Shown in pieces: positions 1 through 8,157 of a DNA stretch of 37,525 bases; positions within the stretch are counted from its first letter, which is position 1, and every line of letters begins with the position of its first letter. Origin of the DNA: an uncultured Nannocystaceae bacterium (GTDB taxonomy: Bacteria; Myxococcota_A; Bradymonadia; UBA7976; UBA1532); assembly GCA_964402225.1 (NCBI GenBank), contig CAYOBQ010000083.1, forward strand, positions 1 to 37,525, in the 5' to 3' direction. The notes beneath the pieces were generated by a model. That model searched no databases. It worked only from the letters and a program-made list of their open reading frames with translations, and had not been told where the DNA came from. Position numbers and translations under genes: made by a program.

Positions 1-1
1 A

Positions 2-172
2 GTGCTGAAAGCCCTCCACACTCCCTCCGTCAGAATCGGGATATGCACCCAACTGAACCGCGTACGCATGGCCTTCTTGAAGGGGGCCTGCGCTACGCCG
101 ACCGTCGCGGATCTGAAGGCACTCCACGAGCACTGGACGAGCGCGCTGGCCGGGCTCCACTCCCCGGTGTGA
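2..172 (+). CDS. 3' end (about 57 codons) of an upstream gene of unknown function entering from the left edge
   Basis: Frame 2 is open from the window edge to TGA at 170-172 with almost uniformly G/C third positions (...VADLKALHEHWTSALAGLHSPV*). It is absent from the ORF track because no start codon lies in-window. The overlapping track ORF 43..399 has mixed codon usage and was not called. Confidence 0.3.
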   Translation: MLKALHTPSVRIGICTQLNRVRMAFLKGACATPTVADLKALHEHWTSALAGLHSPV

Positions 173-454
173 ACTGCATCGATCTGGGGCTATCTACGGG
201 TTCGTCGGATTCGAGTGGCGCAGCCCCCGCGGGCGGAGCTCACGCAGATGCGTGCTTCTCGAGCCGAACCTCCGGTGTTGCTCCGGGTTCGGGCCTTGGC
301 CCTCGGCCTCGCCCGGCAGATCAGCACCGCGCTCGGTCGCTGATTCATGGGCACCTCTCGAGCGAGCGTGGGCCGCCGCGAGGCCGGGAACGTCGATAGC
401 GGTGGCCACGTGGCTGGCCTGCCGCGGCACCAACCGGCTAGACTTGGACGCGCG

Positions 455-1009
455 ATGCGTGCATTCGTATTGATGGCCGTCTCGGTCGCCGCCTGCACCG
501 CGCCGGAGGATCCGGTGGATGGTGCGGCGGCGCGTTCTGGGGGACGCGACGGTGGAGACGCCCCGGACACGGGGCCGGACGCCGGAGATGTGCCGCTGCC
601 AAGCCGAGGCCCATTCATTGTCCTCGCCGACGAGACGCCCTTCGCCATCGCTGGCGACGGCGCCGACATCGACGCCGTCGCCTTCGACTGCGGTGACGCC
701 GTCGGCTACGCCACGCGCGCCGCCGGAGAGGTCGCCGACGGCGCCGACCCCGAGGCCGCCGTGGGCGCCCCGGAGACCTGCGACACCCCCGCCGCATGCG
801 CCGTCAGCCTGGGCCTTGGCGGCCACCTCGTGGTCGAGCTCGAGGGCGCCGTCGATCTGCAGGGCTGCACCGTCCGCGTCACGGAGATCGCCGACCGAGC
901 GAACGAGCTGTACCGCGTCTACGCGTGCCCCGGCTTCGCCTTCGAGGGGGACTGCGTGAGCCTTGGAACGGCCGGCGACGGCGAGACGTTCGAAGACGTC
1001 GTCCGATGA
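455..1009 (+). CDS. hypothetical lipoprotein (184 aa)
   Basis: ATG at 455 inside track ORF 347..1009 gives MRAFVLMAVSVAAC, a signal peptide plus lipobox Cys. GC3 is high. The stop overlaps the next gene's start (ATGA at 1006-1009). Confidence 0.6.
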   Translation: MRAFVLMAVSVAACTAPEDPVDGAAARSGGRDGGDAPDTGPDAGDVPLPSRGPFIVLADETPFAIAGDGADIDAVAFDCGDAVGYATRAAGEVADGADPEAAVGAPETCDTPAACAVSLGLGGHLVVELEGAVDLQGCTVRVTEIADRANELYRVYACPGFAFEGDCVSLGTAGDGETFEDVVR

Positions 1010-2604
1010 GGCGCCGCGGCTTCACGATCGTGGAGATGATGGTCGTCATCTCGATCATCGGGCTGCTCTCGGCGGCGCTGGTGGTCTTCTTGCTGGGCAG
1101 CGAAGACCGCCGATGTCGACTCGAAGCGGAGCGGCTCGCCGCGTACCTGCAGACCGCCTCGGCGGAGGCCGTGATGCGCGATGGCCCGCTGCGGGTGGTG
1201 GTCGATCTCGACGAGCAGAAGTGCACCCGCGAGATCTCAGAGGTCGGCGCCGACATCCGCGCCCCCCTCTGGCGCGTCGATGAGCGCGACGGAGGTTTCG
1301 TCACCCGCAAGCCGATTCGCGTCAGCCGTCTCGAGTCGGGGCCGGCGAATCGCAGCGACGGGATCGGCTGGATCGTGTTCACCCGGGGCCAGAATCGAAG
1401 CGCCGTGCTGGTCGTGACGCTCGAGGAGTCGAGCTACTCGGTGATCGTCCCCGGCGGGGACCAGCCGGTACAGGTTCAGCGCGGCCAACTCGGCGCGCCG
1501 GAGCCGCCCGTCGCCCCGACCTTCCCGCAGCGAGACCGCCCGCCGTTGATCGGTCTGGACGACCTGCCGACACCGGGCCAGGGCGGGAGCCTGCCCTCCC
1601 TGGGCGCCGCCGTCGGCCCCCCCCCCGAGAGGCCCGACCGCCCCGCGTCCAAGAAGAACCAACCGCCGCCCCCCAACACCGATCCCGGCGACCTCGTCCC
1701 CGAGGAGGGGTTCAACCCAGCCGACGTGGTGCCGCCACCACCGGCGCCCGCGCCACCCGAGCCCGCGCCCGAGCCCGAGCCCGAGCCCCTCGAGGGGCCG
1801 GATCTGGAACCTGCGCCAGAGCCCCCGCTCGAGCCGGAGGTCGAGGGCACCTGCACGTCCGCCGACCAATGCGAGGGACGCTGGTCCTACTGCCATCGTC
1901 CGGTGGCGGACCAGCCAGGTACGTGTGGCCGGTACCCGCGCGGCGCGGCGTTTTACGTCCGCTCGGTGCGCGTGACGCAGCCAGAGGCTGTGGCCACCTT
2001 CATGACCGAGCGCATTCAGGACCAGGTCAACGCGGGCCTCTTCACGCTCTACCTCGCGTTCTCCGCCTCGCCGAGCGAGCACCAGAGGCCGCCCGACGCC
2101 CCGCGCACCTTCTACCTCGCGCAGACGACCTACGACGGCGCCGTGCACCGAATCAGCGACGTCCTCCCCGCGATCCGACTCCCGAACGCGGGCTGGCTCG
2201 GCGGCTTGAACTGGGCGGTCCGCGCCCAGACGGAGAACACCTTCGGCCGCGAGTTCTCGCTCTATCTGGTCAACCTCGAGTCGGGCGTCGCGTGCCCCTA
2301 CGCCCCGATCACGGTCGTGGCCAACGTCGTGGCGACCGTCAACGCCTCGACGACGCCAGCGACCGCCTCGGTCCGAATCACCGGCGCGCTTCGGCCGGAA
2401 CACGCCCGCCTGTTCCGGGTGCCCATCGCTGGCGACGTCCGCGGGCTCGACCAGGTGCTCCGAGACGCGAACGTTCACCCGCAGGTGGACTCGAACAACG
2501 ACAACGTCCCAGACGCGTGGGGTTTCCAGTTCGTCGGGCGGGCCGTCGAAGCCGATCTGATCGGCGATCCGGCGCTGGCGGTGGGCAACGACCCCTGCAA
2601 CTGA
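1006..2604 (+). CDS. prepilin-type N-terminal cleavage/methylation domain protein (type IV pilin-like or pseudopilin-like), unusually long at 533 aa
   Basis: Internal ATG at 1006 of track ORF 796..2604 gives MRRRG|FTIVEMMVVISIIGLLSAALVVF. This has a short basic leader ending in Gly, Phe at +1, Glu at +5 and a ~20-aa hydrophobic helix, i.e. a canonical prepilin-peptidase signal. The body is atypically long: a Pro-rich PEPAPEPEPEP linker then a ~330-aa Cys-containing C-terminal domain. The 796..1005 extension and the 1237..2826 minus-strand ORF are Arg-rich shadow frames. Confidence 0.75.
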   Translation: MRRRGFTIVEMMVVISIIGLLSAALVVFLLGSEDRRCRLEAERLAAYLQTASAEAVMRDGPLRVVVDLDEQKCTREISEVGADIRAPLWRVDERDGGFVTRKPIRVSRLESGPANRSDGIGWIVFTRGQNRSAVLVVTLEESSYSVIVPGGDQPVQVQRGQLGAPEPPVAPTFPQRDRPPLIGLDDLPTPGQGGSLPSLGAAVGPPPERPDRPASKKNQPPPPNTDPGDLVPEEGFNPADVVPPPPAPAPPEPAPEPEPEPLEGPDLEPAPEPPLEPEVEGTCTSADQCEGRWSYCHRPVADQPGTCGRYPRGAAFYVRSVRVTQPEAVATFMTERIQDQVNAGLFTLYLAFSASPSEHQRPPDAPRTFYLAQTTYDGAVHRISDVLPAIRLPNAGWLGGLNWAVRAQTENTFGREFSLYLVNLESGVACPYAPITVVANVVATVNASTTPATASVRITGALRPEHARLFRVPIAGDVRGLDQVLRDANVHPQVDSNNDNVPDAWGFQFVGRAVEADLIGDPALAVGNDPCN

Positions 2605-2684
2605 GTCCCGTCTTCGGCCTGAATATTGTATAGCCCCATCGCGTCGGCGGCGGTGGTCGCCTGCACTCAGACCGAGGTGAATCG

Positions 2685-3722
2685 ATGAAGCACCTGCTGT
2701 GGACCCTTCTCGCCGTGGGCTGCGCGCTCGCGTTGGGCTGTGACGACTCCGACCCCGCGGGCGGCGACGCCGACGGGAGCCCCGCGGATACTGGGGCGGA
2801 CGCGGCTGGCGGTGGTGGCGGATCAACGCCGGCCGACGTCGGCGCCGGGGACGCTGGGGATGATCCCGACACGGCCGACCCCGACATGGCCGTCACGCCG
2901 GACGAGGGTCCAATCCCTGACATGAACGTCACACCCGACGGCGCGGTCATCCCGCCGGAGGCCGACGCCGGCGCGGCGTGCATCGAGGGTGACGCCTGCG
3001 ATGAGAACCACCGTTGCCACGACGAGGCGTGTCGCTGGGATCTCCGCCCGATGGTCTTCCGAATGACCGACGGGCTGGTCACGGAGCCCGAGGCGGCGGC
3101 CCCGGAGCTCACGGCCGCGCTCACCCTGGCGGTGCAGACGCGCTCGCTGAACCTGCTCTTCGAGCCGGGCTACTACGACGACGCTGGCGGCTACGACTTC
3201 TACGTCGGCAACGGCTCGACCGACGGCGGCGACGGCACCTCCTACGACTTCATCCACACGCTGCCCATCCCCCGCTTCAACGGGCGCTGGCGGCAGACCG
3301 ACGACGGCGTCCACTGGCAGCAGGAGGAGGACGGGGTCTGGCTGCTGAACATCCCCATCGGCACGGTGATGGTGGACGGCGAGGAGAGGAGCTGCTTTGT
3401 GCGCTTCCCGACCACGGTCCGCATGGAGTTCTGGCCGAGCGCCGACGACGAGGGCAACGCGATCCTGCGGGGTCGCGCCACCGGCCACCTCCTCGACAGC
3501 GACATCGATCTCGTCAACATCCAGGGCGTGGCTTTCCGCGACTTCTTCGGCGGCGAGCCGCCGGATCTCGACCTCGACGGGGACGGGATCAACGACGCCT
3601 ACACCTTCGCGTTGGACGCCACCGCCGTGTCGGTGCCGTTCCACGGCGACGTCCCCGCCGGCGACAACTCCAACCGGGATCCCGAGCCGCCCTTCGAGAA
3701 CCCCGCCGCCTGCGACGAGTAG
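2685..3722 (+). CDS. hypothetical lipoprotein (345 aa) with acidic Gly/Asp-rich N-terminal region
   Basis: MKHLLWTLLAVGCALALGC is a signal peptide plus lipobox. GAGGTGA lies 5-11 nt upstream of the ATG at 2685. GC3 is high. Confidence 0.7.
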   Translation: MKHLLWTLLAVGCALALGCDDSDPAGGDADGSPADTGADAAGGGGGSTPADVGAGDAGDDPDTADPDMAVTPDEGPIPDMNVTPDGAVIPPEADAGAACIEGDACDENHRCHDEACRWDLRPMVFRMTDGLVTEPEAAAPELTAALTLAVQTRSLNLLFEPGYYDDAGGYDFYVGNGSTDGGDGTSYDFIHTLPIPRFNGRWRQTDDGVHWQQEEDGVWLLNIPIGTVMVDGEERSCFVRFPTTVRMEFWPSADDEGNAILRGRATGHLLDSDIDLVNIQGVAFRDFFGGEPPDLDLDGDGINDAYTFALDATAVSVPFHGDVPAGDNSNRDPEPPFENPAACDE

Positions 3723-3743
3723 ACCGGGGTCGAATCAGGTATA

Positions 3744-3772
3744 CTCCGCCCCGTCAAATCCAGACGGCGGAG
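3744..3772 (+). promoter_or_regulatory. hairpin overlapping the FKBP ribosome-binding site
   Basis: CTCCGCC (3744-3750) and GGCGGAG (3766-3772) are perfect 7-bp inverted repeats with a 15-nt loop. The 3' arm is the GGCGGAG Shine-Dalgarno-like element 7 nt before the ATG at 3779. A TATACT -10-like hexamer sits at 3740-3745. Confidence 0.3.
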
Positions 3773-3778
3773 CACCCC

Positions 3779-4273
3779 ATGCAGATCTCCGATGGCCAGG
3801 TCGTCACCATCGAGTACACCCTCAAGGACGCCGACGGCGTCCTGGTCGAGTCCTCCGAGGGCCGCGGCCCCATCACCTTCAAGCTCGGCTCGGACCGCAT
3901 GTTGCCCGGCGTGGCCAAGGCCATCGAGGGGATGACGGTGGGCGAGTCGCGCAGCGGGGTCATCCCTCCGGGCGAGCTCTTGCCCCGGGAGGTGACGCGC
4001 ACCCGGCAGATCCCGACCGGTGAGTTCCCCGAGGGGCTCGACCCCAAGCCGGGCGACCGCTTCCAGGCCAAGGATGAGAATGGCCAGCCGGTCATCTTCG
4101 AGGTCACCGAGCGCTCGGAGTCGTCGGTCACGGTGCAGCTCCTGCACGTGCTGCACGACAAAGAGGTCCACTACGAGGTCAAGGTGCTGGCGGCCCGCAA
4201 GTCGAACCTGCCGCCGCCCCCTCCGGTGGACGTGCCCGACATGACAGACGATCTGGAGCTCTCCGAGGAGTAG
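3779..4273 (+). CDS. slyD: FKBP-type peptidyl-prolyl cis-trans isomerase, SlyD/FkpB-like with insert-in-flap domain (164 aa)
   Basis: Internal ATG at 3779 (GGCGGAG 7 nt upstream) gives MQISDGQVVTIEYTLKDADGVLVESSEGRGPITFKLGSDRMLPGVAKAIEGMTVGESR..., colinear with SlyD (MKVAKDLVVSLAYQVRTEDG...). It has an IF-domain-like insert (IPTGEFPEG...PGDRFQAKDENGQPVIFEVTERSESSVTVQ) and the C-terminal strand HYEVKVLAARK. The upstream 3014..3778 part of the track ORF is a shadow frame. Confidence 0.85.
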   Translation: MQISDGQVVTIEYTLKDADGVLVESSEGRGPITFKLGSDRMLPGVAKAIEGMTVGESRSGVIPPGELLPREVTRTRQIPTGEFPEGLDPKPGDRFQAKDENGQPVIFEVTERSESSVTVQLLHVLHDKEVHYEVKVLAARKSNLPPPPPVDVPDMTDDLELSEE

Positions 4274-4281
4274 CCCCGTCC

Positions 4282-7200
4282 CTACTCGCGGGCCAGCACG
4301 TTGATGCGCTCGCCAGCGGGGAGCTCGACTACGTCGCGGAAACGGTCCCCGGCGGCGCCCTTGTCGACGTACTTGACCGTGGCGTCGGCTAGATCACGCC
4401 CGCCCAGCGTCAACAGCGTCGGACCCACCGCCGCTGGCACCACCACGCGGTCCGCGGCCAGATCGCCGTCGAGGTCCTGGAAGAGGAGCGCGCCGACGGC
4501 GTCGCGGGGTCCCACGATCACGTTCTCTTCCTCCACGGCGCGCAGGATGTCGAGGTGGACGTAACGGTAGCCGTCATCGATGGTCCCCCGATTCGATCGG
4601 ATGATGCGCACGCCCGCCGGGCCCCCCACCACGATGTCGCTGTCGCCATCCCCGTCGATGTCGGCGGCCGCGGCCGAAGTCAGCGCGCCGATATCGCCAG
4701 GCACCCCGTCGAGGCCGAGCTGAAGAGCGACGAAGCCCTGCGCCGTGTTCCGCCAGAACTTGGGTCCACCCGATCCGTAGACCACGAGGTCATCCCGGGC
4801 GTCGCCGTCGAGATCGGCCACCACCGCGCCGACATCCTCCCCGGCGGTCCACTCGAGGCCGAGGGTGTCCACGTTGGAGAGGTCTCCCGCCCCGTCGTTG
4901 AGATAGAACCGCGCCCCCTGGCCCGCCGTCAGCAGGTCGATGCTACCGTCTCGGTTGGCGTCGATGGGCACCACGAACCGCGCCTCGTGGTTCGGGAAGA
5001 CCGCCGCGTCCTGCTCGGCGAACTGGCCGGCGCGATCCCCGATCCACAGCGCGGAGGCCGCGTCGCCGACCGCCACCAGGTCCAACACGCCGTCGTCGTT
5101 GACGTCGACGAAGACCCCGGCGGCCGCCTCCGACACGCCGCCCAAGCCGAGATCCGCGTGGGGCTGGCGCTGGAACGTCGCGTTCCCGTCGCCCAGGAGG
5201 AGCCGGGTCCCCGCACCGGCGAGGGCCAGCGCGTCCAGGGCGCCGTCGCGGTCGATGTCTCCGAGGGCGAGCCCGGTCGCGTTCATCCCGTTCGGGACGC
5301 CGCTCATGGGGACGGTCTCGAAGTCCCCGGAGCCGCCCACCCCTCGGAAGACGCCGTTGCGGTTGTTGCCCACGACGAGGACGTCCGTCCGGCCGTCTGC
5401 GTCGAAGTCGCCGAAGCCACCGGAGTGCAGCGCCGCCTCGGTGGGCAACCCCGGGTCGTCGATGGCGTCGAAGGTCCCGTCCTCTTGTTGGAGGTAGACC
5501 GCTGACAGGCTGTCGGGGTCCGCCGCGACGGCGACGATGTCGAGGCGGTCGTCCCCGTTCGTGTCGGCGACGCCCACCCAGGCCACGTTGGTCGCAACGA
5601 CGAGCCCGTCGGTGGCCGACGTGCGCACATGGTAGCCCAGGACGCGCACGCGTCGCTCCACGGCCGGATCGGTGACGTTGCCCGCGTTGTCGGTCCCCAC
5701 GACCGTCAGCGTATGGGCACCCGCGGCGTCGAGCTCGACCCCCGACGCGCGCCAGGTACCGTTCTCGAGGTCGATCACCGCCTCCACGCCGTTCACCGTC
5801 ACCGTGGCGACCCCACTACCGAACTCACCGTCCTCGACGGTCCCCTCGACCACGGCGCTGGAGGAGACGTCGGCGTCCTCTTGCGGGTGCGTGACCACCA
5901 CCACCGGACCCGTGACGTCGCGGGACACCACGATCTCTGACTCGGCGGCGCGCCCGACGAGATCCTCCACATAGATCGGTACGCGGGTGATGCCCTCGGG
6001 GACGGCGATCACCCGCGTGAAGGTCGCGCACTCGCCATCGAAGACCGGCTCCACGTCGACCCCGTCGACGCGCGCCACCGCGACACCCGACCGGGCATCA
6101 CACGCGCGCGCGCCCACCTCGAGCTGAGGCTCCGGCGTAATGACCGTGTCCTCCGGCAACAGCGTCTCGATGACCGGATCCGTCGAGTCGATACGGAACG
6201 CGTAGTTCGCCTGGCCGTCGTTTCCTGCTCGGTCTCGGGTCACGAGGGCAACGAAATGATCGCCCTCGGGGAGCTCCAGCGGGTAGTCGAACGCCGCACC
6301 ATTGAGGCCGACCTGGCCCCCATCAATGGTCAATCGCGTCAGCCCGCACACCCCGGAGTCGACGGTGCCCCGCAGGTGGACGCGACCGTTTCGGTCCACG
6401 CCCAGCCAGGCGTTGGGCGGCGACGCGACGGTCACGACCGGCGCCTCGCGGTCCACGTCGAGCTGGATCTCGGCGTCGCGGAAGGCCCCCGCGCCGTTCA
6501 CCGCGCGGGCCCGAACGAAGCGATCAGCCCCGGCGCTGAGCGGCGTGTCGTGGCAGAAGTTGCCGCTGACGTCGACCTCGGTCTCGATGCCGTTGACCAA
6601 CACGCGAACGACCCCGCTCTCGGGATCGTTCGCCCGCCCGCAGACCTGCACCCGCTCGGCGTTGACGCAGTCCTGGTCGTCGGGCCGCGTGATGGCGACG
6701 GCGGGCCTCGTGTCGTCCCAAGCCGCCTCCACCGACGCCCGCGCTTCGGCCTCTCCCCCCCGCGCGATGGCGGCGATCTCGTAGACCCCGGGGGCCGGCA
6801 GCACGATCTCCGCCGACCAGCGCAGATCGGCCTCGACTGTGACGGCTGGGGTCGGCTCGCCACCGGCGACCACGATGGACACCGACTCGACGGCCGGGCA
6901 GTAGGTGCCGGCGAGCTGGATCGTGTCCTCGTCCGTCAGCAAGACGAGGTCGTCGTCGAAGGCGACGCAGGGCTCCGGGTTCTGCCGCTCGACGTCCACC
7001 GAAGCCACCCCGACGTTGCCCGACACGTTGTCCCGAGCCCTCACCTCGATGGTGTTCTGCCCGACGAAGAGGCTCAGCTCTTCGGTGCGGAAGGAGCCAT
7101 CTTGCTGGGTGCGCGCCGAGGGTCGCAGCACGTTCTCGTCCCGACCCTGACGGGCGACGGCGTCGATGCGGGCACCGGCCAGCGGCGCCCCCCCCTTGGT

Positions 7201-8157
7201 GACGCGCCCCTCGATCACCACCCGACGGTCCAGGACGGGGGGCCCCTCGACCGGGGAGGTGATGATGACCTCGGGCAGCTCGTCGTCGAAGACCACCGTG
7301 AACACCAGCGGCTCCGACTCGTTCCCGGCGTCGTCGGTGGCGACGATCGCGACCTCGTTGTCCCCCGATTGCAGCTCGATGGGGAATTGGAACTCGTCAC
7401 CGTCCCAGGCGATCTCTGCGTCGATGGCCTCCCCGTTGAGCTCGACGGCCAGGAGCCGGCCGGTGAAGTGGGCGTCCTCGACCCGACCCCCGACGCGCTT
7501 GACCTCCTGGTTGTGCACGATCGGCTCGTCGACGTTCTCGAAGAGGACGACCACCGGATCGGTGAAGTCGCCCACGACCAGCCGCTCGGCGAAGCACGAC
7601 AGTCCATCCTGGTCGGTGGCGTCGAGGCGCAGGAGGTTCTCTCCCTCCTCGATCGCCACCACGCCGAGGTAGGTGTTGGTCGCGGGATCGATCGTGATCG
7701 GCTCGCCCGCGAAGGTGACCGTGAGCAGCGCCTCGGAGTGGTCGTCCGAGACCACGATCTCGACCTCGGGCTCCGGATCACCGATGGGGTCCGGGCTCGC
7801 AGCGGGCCGGCGAATCTCGCAGGTCGGCGCGATGCCACCCTGCGGTACGTCGTCCGGCGAGGTTCCATCGGAGGCTCCGTCCGCTTCACCGGCGTCCGCC
7901 GGCGCGTCGGCCTGCTCCACGTCGCGAATGACAGGGCGATCGAAGCTCTGTTCAGCGTCGGCGTCGCCGGTGGCATCGGAGTTGGCGTCGGCGCCCGCCT
8001 CGGCTTCGACGACCTCGTCGGCGGGGCCGATGCAGACGCCGTCTTCGCAGACCTGCTTCGAATCACAATCGCTCTGGTCAGCGCACACCTCGGGGTCGAG
8101 GAGGAACGTGCAGCCGGCGAAGAGCACCGTCAGGATCGGGAGCGCGCGCAACATCAT
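4282..8157 (-). CDS. giant surface lipoprotein (1291 aa): Cys-rich N-terminus, 5-6 Ig-like domains, C-terminal FG-GAP/VCBS (integrin-alpha-like) beta-propeller repeats
   Basis: MMLRALPILTVLFAGC is a lipoprotein signal. Ig-like modules recur ending in motifs such as ATDDAGNESEPLVFTVVFD, ARDNVSGNVGVASVDVERQ and TVVGTDNAGNVTDP. The C-terminal third has repeated FG-GAP-like units (DTNGDDRLDIVAV..., GDFDADGRTDVLVVG..., GDIDRDGALDALAL..., VDVNDDGVLDLVAVG..., ADLDGDARDDLVVYG..., ADIDGDGDSDIVVGG...). Its start codons directly abut the stop of the upstream gene (TAG-ATG-ATG at 8152-8160). Confidence 0.85.
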   Translation of the reverse strand: MMLRALPILTVLFAGCTFLLDPEVCADQSDCDSKQVCEDGVCIGPADEVVEAEAGADANSDATGDADAEQSFDRPVIRDVEQADAPADAGEADGASDGTSPDDVPQGGIAPTCEIRRPAASPDPIGDPEPEVEIVVSDDHSEALLTVTFAGEPITIDPATNTYLGVVAIEEGENLLRLDATDQDGLSCFAERLVVGDFTDPVVVLFENVDEPIVHNQEVKRVGGRVEDAHFTGRLLAVELNGEAIDAEIAWDGDEFQFPIELQSGDNEVAIVATDDAGNESEPLVFTVVFDDELPEVIITSPVEGPPVLDRRVVIEGRVTKGGAPLAGARIDAVARQGRDENVLRPSARTQQDGSFRTEELSLFVGQNTIEVRARDNVSGNVGVASVDVERQNPEPCVAFDDDLVLLTDEDTIQLAGTYCPAVESVSIVVAGGEPTPAVTVEADLRWSAEIVLPAPGVYEIAAIARGGEAEARASVEAAWDDTRPAVAITRPDDQDCVNAERVQVCGRANDPESGVVRVLVNGIETEVDVSGNFCHDTPLSAGADRFVRARAVNGAGAFRDAEIQLDVDREAPVVTVASPPNAWLGVDRNGRVHLRGTVDSGVCGLTRLTIDGGQVGLNGAAFDYPLELPEGDHFVALVTRDRAGNDGQANYAFRIDSTDPVIETLLPEDTVITPEPQLEVGARACDARSGVAVARVDGVDVEPVFDGECATFTRVIAVPEGITRVPIYVEDLVGRAAESEIVVSRDVTGPVVVVTHPQEDADVSSSAVVEGTVEDGEFGSGVATVTVNGVEAVIDLENGTWRASGVELDAAGAHTLTVVGTDNAGNVTDPAVERRVRVLGYHVRTSATDGLVVATNVAWVGVADTNGDDRLDIVAVAADPDSLSAVYLQQEDGTFDAIDDPGLPTEAALHSGGFGDFDADGRTDVLVVGNNRNGVFRGVGGSGDFETVPMSGVPNGMNATGLALGDIDRDGALDALALAGAGTRLLLGDGNATFQRQPHADLGLGGVSEAAAGVFVDVNDDGVLDLVAVGDAASALWIGDRAGQFAEQDAAVFPNHEARFVVPIDANRDGSIDLLTAGQGARFYLNDGAGDLSNVDTLGLEWTAGEDVGAVVADLDGDARDDLVVYGSGGPKFWRNTAQGFVALQLGLDGVPGDIGALTSAAAADIDGDGDSDIVVGGPAGVRIIRSNRGTIDDGYRYVHLDILRAVEEENVIVGPRDAVGALLFQDLDGDLAADRVVVPAAVGPTLLTLGGRDLADATVKYVDKGAAGDRFRDVVELPAGERINVLARE

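Noticed and set aside
43-399. 118-aa + ORF at the left edge
   Set aside because: Mixed codon usage and an Arg/Gly/Ser-rich translation. The alternative frame 2 (2..172) has uniform GC3 and was preferred as the tail of an upstream gene.
1237-2826. 529-aa minus-strand ORF overlapping the pilin-like gene
   Set aside because: An Arg/Gly/Pro-rich low-complexity translation. The + strand frame carries the canonical prepilin signal and GC3 bias.
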